DNA of 64,000 nucleotides, taken from Eledone cirrhosa (lineage: Eukaryota). The position numbers were made by a program, and so were the translations under genes. The DNA lies in assembly GCA_964016885.1 (NCBI GenBank), contig OZ024743.1, positions 76,322,001 to 76,386,000 on the forward strand, written 5' to 3'. The notes beneath the pieces were generated by a model. That model was given only the letters and a program-made list of their open reading frames with translations, was not told the DNA's origin and searched no databases. Positions 1 through 13,090 of this stretch are shown one piece after another; the first letter of the stretch is position 1, and every line of letters starts with the position of its first letter.

Positions 1-778
1 ATATTCAAATGGATGAAAGAAGTTACTTGTAGAGAGAGATTGGAAATAAGCTAACAGGGGAACCGGAGAAGAATTATCACTCGCACCACGAAATTCTTTT
101 GTCTATTTATTGGTGGCTTTATTCATGGAAGTTATAGTAATGTTTTCTCACTCACATTTTATATTTTTGAAACATTTAAATTGTCACAAAACACGACTGA
201 TTAATTCAGTTTAAATCTGACATGATTTGATTAAATGGACAAGAAATATCGATATTACATAACCTACAAGAAATGATAGGCGGCGAATTGGCAGAGGCGT
301 TAGAACGTCAGATAGAAAGCTTTGTTGTGTTCGTTTTGACTCTCTTCGCTCTGAGTTCAATTCCTGCCGAGATCAACTTCGCCTTTTATTCTTTTAAGGT
401 CAATAAAATAGAACAGCACACATCATGCACAGAGAGAGGTGGGGTTCATTGGGCAAGGGATATTCATTTCCTTAATGTATCCCATGATGGGGCGAGTTAA
501 ATATAGAATACATATTAACAAATGACTGGTAAGTTTCAAAAAAGCCGGTAGAATGCGGTAGAAAACTCAAAAAGAGTAAAGGATGACAAGTAACACAAAA
601 CAAAGAAATGTTTTATTCAGTATATTTAAACATAATATTTCAGGCATATCACACCCTTTTCAGATTTGAAAGAGAAACGGTTCATAACAAAAATGTATCA
701 AACAGAGTACATAGTATTATTACATCGTTGGCATCAGTTTAGGTAGCGAAAATGTGAGAGGAAAATCCAAAATATTTA

Positions 779-820
<42 letters not shown>

Positions 821-834
821 GTTGTTGTTGTTGT

Positions 835-1605
835 TATTCCTTGAATCTCAGTCATTGATGTTGGTTAACTGGAAAGTCCGTTGGATTGAATATCAAGCCA
901 CTACCTGCAGCCTCAGATATTCAGGACGTATCGGAGGGTTCTTGCTGTTCCAAGCAAGCATGCCTTTTGAAGCGTCCCAAAAAGCGTGAAGGGGCCGATT
1001 TTCTTTAACCATCCCTGGAAACTTTTGGAGATAGTCCCCAGTGCGCCTATGACAACCGGGATCACTTTGACTTCGTGGCAGTTCCAAATCCTTTTCACCT
1101 CCCACTTTAGGTCCTGGTATCGGTTAATTTTCTCCCTCTCCTTCTCTTGCACTCTCGTGTCGAACGGGCAGGCCACATCCACAATCAGACACGATCTTTT
1201 TTCTTTGTCCACAACCACCAGGTCAGGTCTATTGTGTTCCAGTTTTTTGTCCGTCTGTATCCTAAAATCCCACAGCACCTTCACCTGATTGTTCTCCATC
1301 ACCGCCTCTGGCCTATGCTCATACCATTTCTCAGAATGTGGTAAATTGTTTACTTTGCACAGGTGCCAGTGGATCACCCTGCCCATCACATCGTGTCTCC
1401 AGCCCTTATAGTGGGTCTGGGCTAGGTGTTTACACTCGGACACAATGTGAGCCACAGTCTCCTCTCTCTCTCCACAGATCCTGCACAGTGGGCTAGCCTC
1501 CTCCTTGTAAATATGGTGCTTCAACCACTTCGTTTTGAGGGCCTGCTCCTGCGCAGCCATTAGCATTCCTTCTGTAGCCTTTTTGAGGTCTGTGGATCTG
1601 GTTGA
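835..1605 (-). mobile_element. 5'-truncated R4/Dong-like non-LTR retrotransposon (CCHC knuckle and restriction-like endonuclease)
   Basis: ORF 913-1566 has CRICGEREETVAHIVSEC, RHD, LWDFRIQTD..HNRPD..VDVACPFD, KINRYQDL and PVVIGALG. Flanked on both sides by (TAA)n. Confidence 0.92.
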
Positions 1606-1607
1606 GA

Positions 1608-1651
<44 letters not shown>

Positions 1652-1660
1652 CATTATCAA

Positions 1661-1853
1661 GAGCGGTGGATTGGCAGTATCGGTAGAGGGTCGGACGCCA
1701 TGCTTTACAGCATAGAGTTACGGCCCTTTATGGTCTGAGTTCAAATCCCGTCGAGGTTAACTTTGCCTTTCATCCTTACGGGGTCGATAAAATAAAGTAC
1801 CAGTAATGTACTGAGATAATTGCTGGCCTTGTGCCAAAAGCAGAAACAATTAT
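1661..1853 (+). mobile_element. tRNA-derived SINE with Nin/Deu-like central domain (family A)
   Basis: A-box-like tggcagtatcggtag, B-box gagttcaaatcc and central ttgcctttcatccttacggggtcgataaaataaagtaccag. Older copies at 279-410 and 1965-2082. Confidence 0.85.
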
Positions 1854-2269
1854 TGTTATCATCATCATAACCTTAATCTCCATTATCACCATCTTCTTTT
1901 TCTTCTTCGTTGTCATCATCATCATCAACGTCATCATCATCATCTTCTTCTTTAATATCATTAAGGGTGGTGGTTGACAGCAACTGTAGAACGATAATCA
2001 CAATCTAATGAAGTATTTAGTTCCAGCTGTTTAGGTTCTGAGTTCCAATCTTCCATGGTCCTATTTGCCTTTCATCCTTCCAATGTCACCCCCACTCCCA
2101 CCCCTTTATTTCATTACTTAATTTTATTTTTATCCTTTTTTAACCCATTTAAAATATTTCCATCATTTTATAACTAGTGATACAAGTACAATACAGAACA
2201 CTAGCCCCACACTTGTGGACAACTAACAAACTAACAATACCAGTGTAAATTGTTCCTCTTTATCTTTCT

Positions 2270-2853
2270 TCTTTAGCCCCACTCGGTCACGAATGACCAT
2301 GGTTTTGCACCTAGAAAGTTTCGCTCCGAGGTACAAGCCTGGGCAAGGTTTTTTGTGGAGTAGTCACCTATACATACCAGCTCCCCCCCCTCTCCACACC
2401 ACCGTTGTTGTCTAAGGGAAAGGCAATGGCCGATACAGCTTGGTACCAGTGACGTCACAACTGATATAAACACCATATACATATTATATATCCACTACTT
2501 ACATTATATGTACACTATCTACATTATGCATACACTATGTACAGTATATATATGATGTTGTCCAAGAGAAAGGCAATGACCGATACAGCTTGGCACCAGT
2601 AACATCACAGCTAATATATACACTATATATACAGTATATATACACTATATATGGTGTTATCCAAGGGAAAGGCTATGGCCGATACAGCTTGGCACCAGTG
2701 ACGTCACAACTCATTTCTACAGCTGAGTAAACTGGAGGAGCGTGAAATAAAGTGTCTTGCTCAAGGACACAATACATCACTCGGTCCGAGAATCGAACTC
2801 ACAACCTCTCAATTGCATGCACAATGCTCTAACCATTAAGCCATGCGCCTTCA
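2270..2853 (-). mobile_element. tRNA-derived SINE with CORE/V-like domain (family B) and an internally triplicated segment
   Basis: Minus-strand head gaaggcgcatggcttaatggttagagc..gagttcgattctc, then tgtgtccttgagcaagacacttt. The segment aaggcaatggccgatacagcttggcaccag occurs three times. Confidence 0.8.
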
Positions 2854-3245
2854 CATCCTCTCTATAGAAATATAAAATAAGTATTGTTATATTGCGGGGG
2901 TGGGGGTCATGTTGTCCTATGATTGCCAAAAATAGTAAAACACATTCATTGTTTGGTTTAGTTTGGGCAGTAATAGGAAACATAACCCTCCCCAAATATA
3001 ACAATACAATATTAGGACAACATGACCCTCGCTAAATATAACAATATCTGTTTCAACACACGATTTCATATCAAAAACTCTACAAAACCAATACATGGCC
3101 GCTATAAAACAACTACCAGTCATGTACGTATATTAGTTCAATACCTTCTTCCTGCCAACCTCCGAACCATATTTATATTGAGCTGATAAACTTGAACATT
3201 ATCAACCTAATACTTTTGGTGAAGGATTCAACTACTTATTCCTCA

Positions 3246-3447
3246 TACGGGGGTCGGCTGAAAGGTTCATAGGATGACCAAGATGCTCTCATGGAATGAC
3301 CAAATGAGGTTTATTTTTCAACAGAGTCTCTGGAAAGAAACAATACAGTTATTAACAAGAAGAGTTGAAATTAATGTATGTAAGATTTCACAGCTCTAGC
3401 ATAATTCTTTAATAGTCAGTCTATGACCTTTTCAGCCAACACTCATA
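3246..3447. mobile_element. Mariner-like MITE (right-end fragments also at ~3998-4068 and ~30610-30676)
   Basis: TA-cgggggtcggctgaaaggttcataggatgac ... gtcagtctatgaccttttcagccaacactca-TA. Confidence 0.75.
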
Positions 3448-3459
3448 TATATATATGAT

Positions 3460-3641
3460 AATAATTGTTTCTACTTTTGACACAAGACCAGCAATTACAC
3501 AGTACATTACTGGTACTTTATTTTATCGACCCCGTAAGGATGAAAGGCAAAGTTAACCTCGACGGGATTTGAACGCAGACCATAAAGAGACGTAACTATG
3601 CTGGAAAGCATCGCGTCCGACCCTCTACCGATACTGCCAAT
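3460..3641 (-). mobile_element. SINE family A
   Basis: Reverse complement of the 1661-1853 consensus. Further minus-strand copies or fragments at ~10410-10548, 11892-11999, 30045-30170, 30930-31076, 46660-46705 and 56882-56971. Confidence 0.85.
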
Positions 3642-3699
3642 GGGAGACGATACACTAGAGAGGCACAGTGGTGGGGGGGGGGGGGTATAAAACGTGTAA

Positions 3700-3993
3700 A
3701 AAAATATAAATAACAATAACAAAATAACAAGAAAAATACAACAATAAGAATTCCCCAGGGTTGACTCAGGTACCCCACTAATCCTGAACCACCCGACTTT
3801 TCGATGGCACCCGGGGAGGGCACCCCTCTCCTCCTCAAATTCACCAACCTACGGGCGCATGATCAGAGTAGGCCCACTCACACGGGCCGTTCTCGCCACA
3901 TTCAGCCACCTTTTAGCAAATGTACTGGGGGGAAGCACTTCTCTCTCCACCCTCACCTTCCTTTCTAGGTGAAACTTGAAGAAGTTGATGAGG
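3700..3993 (-). mobile_element. 3' fragment of a related Tx1-like element
   Basis: Minus strand encodes LINFFKFHLERKVRVEREVLPPSTFAKRWLNVARTARVSGPTLIMRP*, homologous to the C-terminus at 8630-8767. Confidence 0.72.
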
Positions 3994-4558
3994 GATTGGT
4001 TGAAGATTTCACAGCTCTAGCATCACTCCTTTATAGTCAGCCTATGAACTTTTCAGCTGAACCTCGTATCACAAACTTAATAATACAATGAATGACTAAT
4101 TAACTGATATTTAATTAAATAGCCATAATTCTAAACAGTCGTTAAATAAGAAAGTAATTAACATAGATGCATTGTTAATTATTTTAATATATTAACTAAT
4201 TAATATTGTTAATAAATATGTTACGTTAGTAGATAAGTGAGTAGGTATTAAGGAAAACACCGCACGCACACATGTATATGTATATATATATGACATTTCT
4301 ATATTACACATATACACACACACACACACTCACACATATATGTATATAACATTTCTATATTAAACATATACACACACACAGACTCACACACACACACATT
4401 GTTGAGTGAGTTGGAATTTGGCCGGAGTATCGCTAAAAGCTTTCTCCGATAATGTATATATGTATATATATATATATATATATATAAAGAAAAAGAGATG
4501 AAATCGAAAATGCAACTGGAGTCTTATTTTTTTTTTAAATATATATATTTATTTGGTT

Positions 4559-4596
4559 CCTTTACCGGTTTCGCAGTTCTTCTGCTTTTCAAAAGG
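4559..4596 (-). ncRNA. Mirror copy of the U3-A8 hammerhead motif
   Basis: Reverse complement of 4672-4709 in the other palindrome arm. Confidence 0.75.
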
Positions 4597-4671
4597 TGAG
4601 TTGAGATGGAGGGTCTGTGGTTTTTCTCACATCTGATGTGAGAAAAACCACAGACCCTCCATCTCAACTCA

Positions 4672-4709
4672 CCTTTTGAAAAGCAGAAGAACTGCGAAAC
4701 CGGTAAAGG
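4672..4709 (+). ncRNA. Minimal hammerhead motif, U3-A8 core variant
   Basis: cctt TTGAAAA gcag-aagaa-ctgc GAAA ccgg TA|aagg. Stems I and II are perfect, stem III is palindromic (accggt). Confidence 0.75.
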
Positions 4710-4840
4710 AACCAAATAAATATATATATTTTTAAAAAAAATAAGACTCCAGTTGCATTTTCGATTTCATCTCTTTTTCTTTATACTTTCACTCGTGTAG
4801 GACACCTCGGTTATTTTTCAATTTGTAAAAAAAACCTCAC

Positions 4841-4908
<68 letters not shown>

Positions 4909-4933
4909 GTGAGGTTTTTTTTACAAATTGAAA

Positions 4934-4981
<48 letters not shown>

Positions 4982-5190
4982 AAAATTAAGATAAATCAAA
5001 ATGAATTTAATCTAAATCAAAATCAAAATTATGGCTGTCATGCCAGAAAGACATGCGCCATATCACCCGCAAAATAAGCTCTAAGATTCTAACGAATAGG
5101 TCCGAGCATTTTATAATAACTAGAAATTGATTAACATATAAATATACATGAATAATCACATGTTTATTTATATGTTAATCAATTCCTAGT

Positions 5191-5278
<88 letters not shown>

Positions 5279-5354
5279 CGAAGGAAATGTGGTAAGGAAC
5301 CAGATGGACCATAACGCACCAAAGTACTCAATACTTAGGGTAGTAGAGTGGGTA

Positions 5355-5567
<213 letters not shown>

Positions 5568-5676
5568 TATTTATACACCGACCAGGGTAGAAGCTGCTAA
5601 ATGTTCGGTCGCCCTCATGTCTCTGATTTTTCAGCCCCATGGATTTTGTCTATTATATTCCTTTGTTATATTTCAA

Positions 5677-5734
5677 ATACCTGATGATGTCACCGGATTC
5701 ATACTGAACCCGGTCATTGAAATGATCCTAGTAT
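5677..5734 (+). ncRNA. Hammerhead motif (slightly decayed)
   Basis: atac CTGATGA ..accgg attca tac tgaac ccggt.. GAAA tgatcc TA|gtat. Confidence 0.65.
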
Positions 5735-6048
5735 AATAAATCTTTTCAAGAATTACACCAGTCCAGTCTCCTGTTACTTTATAATAATTAACTCCGCACT
5801 CGCACCACCAACTACACAAACGAAGACAGGTGAGTTGCATTACGTCGAGTGCTCTCCATAATATTATATCGAGGTTGACCATACGGAATGACCAGTTCTA
5901 TCCAATGGTGAACCAACAAACCTAAATAAATAAATATATATATATATATTCAGTAGTTAAGCAAATCAAGACTACAAGCTCACATAGAAGACATTAGTCG
6001 AAAAGTATCAACATTAAGTGCAGTTTAATATAAGGGGGTAGTAATATC

Positions 6049-6170
6049 AGTTTACAATTGTTTCACTACTCCATATGTTTCTGGATCAATCGATGGTAAT
6101 ATCGTTATTGATTTGGTGCAGAGAAAGATAATTAACATAGAATAATATTATGGAGCAGCTCCTCAGAACT
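6049..6170 (-). ncRNA. Hammerhead motif with long stem II insertion
   Basis: Minus strand reads agtt CTGAGGA gctgctccata [~70 nt] tatggagtagt GAAA caattg TA|aact. Stem II is 11 bp, stem III is palindromic, cleavage triplet is GUA. Confidence 0.8.
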
Positions 6171-6495
6171 TAAAGTTAGATAATGAAAATATTAATATGT
6201 ATAAAGTAGAAATAAAATAAAATAAAATAATAGGGTTACGTGTCCGTAAATAATCGTCGGATTAGCAGGTCCCTAGATTGGGTCCCTTGGCACTGGAAAA
6301 TTCAAGTGTATGGTATAAAGAACCACTACATATTTGTCGAGGCTGAAAGGAAACAATGCCTCCAAACGCACAACCAACTGCTTTCCACTGCATAATGCAC
6401 ATCGAGCACCCGATTCTAAGCTTTGGCTTTTAACATTCACCAATCTCTCCTATCCTACCACTATCTCTCTATTTAAGATTGGTTTACTCTTGAAC

Positions 6496-6588
<93 letters not shown>

Positions 6589-6657
6589 GCACGCACACAT
6601 ACCCACGCTCACACAAACAAGTATGTATATAGAGTTCGTCAAACAGACAGGCAGATG

Positions 6658-6730
<73 letters not shown>

Positions 6731-6835
6731 GTATTTAGTGGAAGGAAGGGGGGTATTTAGATAGGTAGATATAGATAATTAGACACCTTCACAAACTGAA
6801 TATGTAATTCTCCCACTCGTGTACATATATCTGTG

Positions 6836-6888
<53 letters not shown>

Positions 6889-6917
6889 ATGTGTGTGTGT
6901 CTGTGTACATATATATG

Positions 6918-6954
<37 letters not shown>

Positions 6955-6967
6955 GTATATATATATG

Positions 6968-6999
<32 letters not shown>

Positions 7000-7164
7000 A
7001 ATATATACACATATATATTTGTATATATATACACACACATACATATATATATATATATACAGACATATATATACATATATATATGCACATACATATGCAT
7101 ATATATATATGCATTCATATATATATATGCAAATATATACGCACACATATATATACATACAGAT

Positions 7165-7252
<88 letters not shown>

Positions 7253-7301
7253 GTATATATTTATATATATACATATATATATATGTATATTTATATATAT
7301 A

Positions 7302-7369
<68 letters not shown>

Positions 7370-7443
7370 CATATATATATATACATACATATATATATAT
7401 ACATAATATATATATATATACATATATATATAAATATACATAT

Positions 7444-7474
<31 letters not shown>

Positions 7475-7493
7475 TATATACATATATATATAC

Positions 7494-7548
<55 letters not shown>

Positions 7549-8203
7549 TATGCATATATATATACATATATATATATACATATGCATATATATATACATA
7601 TATATATATATACATATATATGCATATATATATATATATATATATATACGTACATGTATATACACATATATATATATATATGCATACATACACGCACACA
7701 CACACAAATATATATATATATATATATACACACACATAGGGAATGCTGTGTACATAGTTGTGATAAATTGGCTGTGATCACACGGGAAAGACTGTTTCAA
7801 CAAAATCTGCCTCCATTAACGTACTTTAAAGAATAGAGTCTAGCAATAGATAATAGTGAAATGTAATTAGAATGGTGAGTCTCATGCCATAAACATGATA
7901 ATACAATACTTAAATATATTGAATAAGGCAATAGTGAGGGACAGACATTACGTAAGTTTATTGAATAAATGTCACAGTGATATTACAATTAGGAAATTAT
8001 TGGCTCAGACACTGTCACATCCTCTACTTATGTATAATAGCCCCTGAGGTAATGCATCGTTAGATACAACCTTATCAACAACTTAACATGATGCTCGTCA
8101 CCAGGGAGTTAGCTCTTATGAAAAATACTCTACAAGAATGTCTTCTCACTTGTAAGACAAATTACTGAACATGACCTGAGCACTGGCTGTCGTATAATAG
8201 ATA

Positions 8204-8294
<91 letters not shown>

Positions 8295-8295
<1 letters not shown>

Positions 8296-9075
8296 TTCGA
8301 GACAAGCTCTACAGACATGGGCGCCCGGGCAGGGACCCTGCAAAAAAGATCTGTCCGAGGTGCGTGCGTAACGAAGAAACCGTCGCGCACGCATTCATAC
8401 ACTGCGCGGGCGTCACTGACTTGTGGGGCTATGTAGAACGACTATTGTCGCGGGTGGGACCAATCCGGTTGACCACCAAGTCCATTGTCATGATCAAACC
8501 GCCACCCTCCTTCAAAAACGAAGGAGAGGCGGTTTTCCTTTGTGTGATAGCTATGGCGAAAGAGGTTGTATGGTGGACAAGGTTGAAAGGGCTGAGGTCA
8601 GACACCTTTCTCCCGGCCAATAACTGGTTCTTTTTTTCAAATACCACTTTGGAAGAAGAATCAGGATGGAGAGAGAGGTGCTGTACCCCAGCAAGTTTTA
8701 TGAAAGGTGGGTGAAAGTGGCGAGAATGGCCCGAGTGAATGGGCCTTCTTTCTATATCAGCCTGTAGGTTGAGGAAAAGGAGGAGGAGAGGAAAGGAGTA
8801 CAAACTCTTCGTACTCCTGGAGATGAGGGTTGCACATTTTTTCGGGGTTATGTGTTACCCATATGAACTGCCTCCCTCTATTGGGGAAAATCGACTAATT
8901 TTTTAAATTGCATTTGTGATAACATTTTACACGTTTTTATTGTATGTAAACTTCCCCTTTGTATTTGTCACCTTCTTTTGTGCCCCTGTGACTAATAAAG
9001 AAACATATCTATCTATCTATCTATCTTTCTGTACTTGTCCCACTTTTGATGCCCTGGTGGCAAATAAAAAGAAAG
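8295..9075 (+). mobile_element. 3' end of an L1/Tx1-clade non-LTR retrotransposon in (TATC)n
   Basis: VRDKLYRHG..CPRCVRNEETVAHAFIHC..LWGYVERLL (zf-RVT-like CCHC), then ..ERWVKVARMARVNG. The 3' UTR ends aataaagaaac followed by (atct)n. Confidence 0.8.
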
Positions 9076-9119
<44 letters not shown>

Positions 9120-10202
9120 TTTCTGACTATTTATCTCCCTATCTTTCGCTGAATAATATTAATAATATTAAACATTACATCAGATAATGTGGTAATGTTC
9201 ATATATGTGAGTGTGTATGTAAGTAATCATATATATCTGTATACACACACACACATACACACACAAACGCACACACACACGCGCGCGCGCACACCTATAT
9301 ATATATATATATATATGAAAAGTTCAGGATCCCGACGGCTGAGCTCCGATCGTTTCAACAGCTAGATCCGAACATTTCGGTGTGGCAGTGGTTGCAGTGG
9401 TGGTGGTGGTGGTATTGGTGGTGATGGTAGTTGTGGTGGTAGTGCAGGTGTTGTCATTATTTGCTTCACAACTTAAGCTTTTATCCTTCTCTTTTTTGAC
9501 AGCGAAGAGAGGATTATTTTCTTCTTTTCTTATGGCAGAGAGCTTGCCACCCGTCACCCTCACCATGTTCAATTGTCTGATGTCGGGGAGGGGCATGGCT
9601 CCCACAGACATTGATGTTGTTGTTGGTGTTTCTTGTGGCGTACTTTTAGTTGGTGGTGCTCCTCCTGGTGCTGTTGTTACTGTTGTTGTTACTGGTGTTT
9701 CTCTTGTTGCTTCGGATCTCTGAAAGGCCCCTAAGCAATGTCAATCGGGAGAGCTAATCCTATTTTCAAAAAGAGAGACTAGAGACATTGTTCCAATTAG
9801 AGAGGGATCTCCTTGTTAAGCCTCCCTGGTAAAGTCTATGCTAAGTGCCTGGCAAAGAGATGTAGGGAGATTGTCGTGTCCAAGTTAGTTAAGGAACAGT
9901 GCCCCAGACGCAGCACAGCCGAGCAAATATTCACACTGTGGCAGGTCTTCGGAAGGTCATACGACCGCGTTCCAAGGGACTAGTTGTGGAATGTTGTGCA
10001 GGAGTACAGGATCGATGGTCAGCTTCTTGTTGCCTTGAAATATTTATACGAACGCCATAGTAACTGAAATAATAACAAAGAAAATATCTGTAATTAGAGG
10101 TGAGGAATAGCTGTCTTGGGCTAAACACATAAGGCCTCGAAACGTAACTCACCCTATCTATCAAGACTAAGTGCCTTCAATCAATAATAATAAACTGAAT
10201 GT

Positions 10203-10244
<42 letters not shown>

Positions 10245-10712
10245 ACTAAACTACAGCCGCCATTCGTGAATCGATTGTGACTTAGTATGTACCATGATTT
10301 CACTAAAGGTTTTAGATGACCATGCATCTCAAGGGGACATAGACACCTTCTCCTCCCTATGCAACATCCAGGATGTGACAGCTGGAAGGAGAGGGGGGGC
10401 TGCACCAACACTGGGTTGGTACTTTCTTTATCGACCTTGCAAAAAGGATGAAATGAAAAGTAAACCTCAGAGCGATTTGTACAGTTCGCAGAGAGCCCAA
10501 AACCAAATATCCAACAACGCTGTAGCGACTCTGACAAATCGACCGCCGAAACGAGTCTTTATATGACAGATATTTTAGTCTCAACACGTGATCTCAAATC
10601 AAGTTATTTGTCAAACCAATGTAATGGAAGTTGGGAGTATGAGTAAGGAAAAGAAATATAGGACAAACGGTAAATATAAAAAACGGGGAAAGTATAAAAG
10701 GTATAATATTTC

Positions 10713-10766
<54 letters not shown>

Positions 10767-10812
10767 TGGGTAGACACACTCACATACACACATATGTATG
10801 TTTATATTTATA

Positions 10813-10847
<35 letters not shown>

Positions 10848-10852
<5 letters not shown>

Positions 10853-10980
10853 GAAGAAAGTGTGGTAAAGAACCAGGTGGACCATAACGCAGCAGAGTAC
10901 TCGATACTGGGTTGTAGAGTGGGTAATAGGAAAAGAGTCAGGACCCCGACGGCTGAGCTCCGGCCGTTTCGACAGCTAGT

Positions 10981-10984
<4 letters not shown>
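10848..10984 (-). mobile_element. TA-flanked ~140-bp repeat family with a half-hammerhead (other copies: 5277-5472, 9318-9373, 54818-55011, 55621-55683, 57475-57616)
   Basis: Shared sequence gtgtggtaa.gaaccaggtggaccataacgca.cagagtactcgatact..gtagagtgggtaatagga..ggaccccgacggctgagctc..gccgtttcgacagcta. Confidence 0.85.
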
Positions 10985-11042
<58 letters not shown>

Positions 11043-11112
11043 GTATGACCCCGACGGCTTGAGCGTGTATATATATATATATAATATATGTGTGTATATA
11101 TCATATATATAT

Positions 11113-11152
<40 letters not shown>

Positions 11153-11262
11153 CATATATATATATATATGTATGTATGAATGTATATATATATATATGTA
11201 TACATATATTTATATATATGTATATATACATATATGTACGTATATATATATGTGTGTGTGTG

Positions 11263-11300
<38 letters not shown>

Positions 11301-11330
11301 AATATATATGCATATATATATTTATATGTA

Positions 11331-11425
<95 letters not shown>

Positions 11426-11740
11426 ATGTGTGTGTGAATATATATGCATATATATATTTATATGCATATATGTATATGTATATATATAGAAAGGATAAAA
11501 AGGACGATTGATTATTCCTTCATTGCATTTATTGATAGGTGACGCGCGTTTCGACACTGATCAGCTCAAGCTTCGATCTATCTCGATCCTACCCGACTCA
11601 ATAATCGGCAGCTCGACGGACCCTCTTAAAATGCTATAAGAAAACGAAATACATGCTATGTGGTAGTCAGAGTTTCAATAGTCTGACAAAATGAGATGTT
11701 TTGATTGGTGAGAAGGATCAAGGCGATGTACTGGCCTGTA

Positions 11741-11824
<84 letters not shown>

Positions 11825-11854
11825 TTATATATGTATTTCTATGTCTCAAAAATT

Positions 11855-11896
<42 letters not shown>

Positions 11897-12734
11897 GTTT
11901 CTACTTTTTGGCACAAGGCCAGCAATCACCCAGTGCATTACTGGTACTTTATTTTATCGACCCCGTACGGATGAAAGGCAAAGTCAACCTCAGCGAGAAT
12001 GTTTAGACATATACACCTACTAGACTTAGGCAGCCATGCATGTTATATACATGCACAATGGTTGAATGTATTAATCAGAACATACTAGTAGAAAAGATTA
12101 TTTAATCCTCAACTAAATTAAACAGTTATGCATATAACATATATTGGCAAAATATAGCTTTTAAACATCTCCCCCCCCCCCCCCTCTTGTGTAGAAGTGT
12201 AAAGCATTCTGGAATAAAAGCCTTCGTGTGCATGTCTTTATGTAGGGAGACAGGGCTCCATGCCATGCCTGCTTCTTATATGACAGGTGCAGTGTGGACT
12301 GAATGGCAGGATATAGAGGGTGAGGCTAGACAGACAGACAGACATAGAGACAGACATAGTGACAGTGAGACAGGGTGTCTAAATAGACAGACAGACAGAC
12401 AGACAAATAGACAGACAGACAGACAGACATACAGAGAGACAGTGAGAGAGGGGGATGTCTAGACAGAGAGACAGGCAGACAGTGAAAGAGGGGGATGTCT
12501 AGACAGAGAGACAGAGAGAGAGGGGATACCTAGACAGAGAGACAGTGAGAGAGGGGGATACCTAGACAGAGAGACAGTGAGAGAGGGGAGGGCTGTGGAA
12601 GCCATTTCTCTAAACATGTCACACTCTTTACTAATTAACAACAGGTATTTGATCTTTCAAAAAGAAAGAATAGTAATTAGAAATAAATGATTTATTGTTA
12701 GATGATCTCAACATCACCACCGGATTGTCTATTG

Positions 12735-12794
12735 TCATCATCATCGTCATCGTCGTCATCGTCATCATCGTCATCGTCATTATCGTCGTCATCA

Positions 12795-12826
<32 letters not shown>

Positions 12827-13090
12827 GTCATCGTCACCATCATCATCATCATCATCATTGTCATCGTCATCGTCATCGTCATCATCATCACCATCATCAT
12901 CATCATCGTCATCGTCATCGTCGTCGTCGTCATCGTCGTCATCGTCATCACCATCATCATCATCATCGTCATCGTCATCGTCATCGTCGTCGTCGTCATC
13001 GTCATCGTCATCATCATCATCATCATCGTTGTCGTCATCATCATCATCGTCATCATCATCATCATCATCATCATCATCGTTGTCGTCGTC
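12735..13090. repeat. (CAT/CGT)n microsatellite; also (TTC)n at 50137-50530, (CA)n-rich tract at 50635-51045, (CAACA)n at 63500-64000 and (CAA)n at 22468-22830 and 27063-27372
   Basis: Direct reading. Confidence 0.97.

Larger units (their letters stand above)
4483..4785. repeat. Near-perfect palindrome, ~151-bp arms, 1-nt loop at 4634
   Basis: ...tttttctcacatc t gatgtgagaaaaa...; the left arm abuts (TA)n. Confidence 0.97.

Noticed and set aside
628-667. Hammerhead-like CTGAAAA..GAAA on the minus strand
   Set aside because: C3/A8 mismatch and no consistent cleavage triplet or stem I. At best a decayed relic.
2775-2853. tRNA gene
   Set aside because: The tRNA-like head continues into a SINE body and recurs at 42700-42777.
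6757-7836. Long YI/IY-rich ORFs here and at 20-21 kb, 43.5-46.2 kb and 62-63 kb
   Set aside because: Translations of (TA)n, which lacks stop codons.
9324-9723. Short ORFs in the GC-richer segment
   Set aside because: No recognisable domain and partly triplet repeat. Likely part of a repeat element.
11538-11710. GAAA cgcgcg TC half-hammerhead on the minus strand
   Set aside because: The CUGANGA half was not found. Probably a truncated relic, so not listed as a ribozyme.
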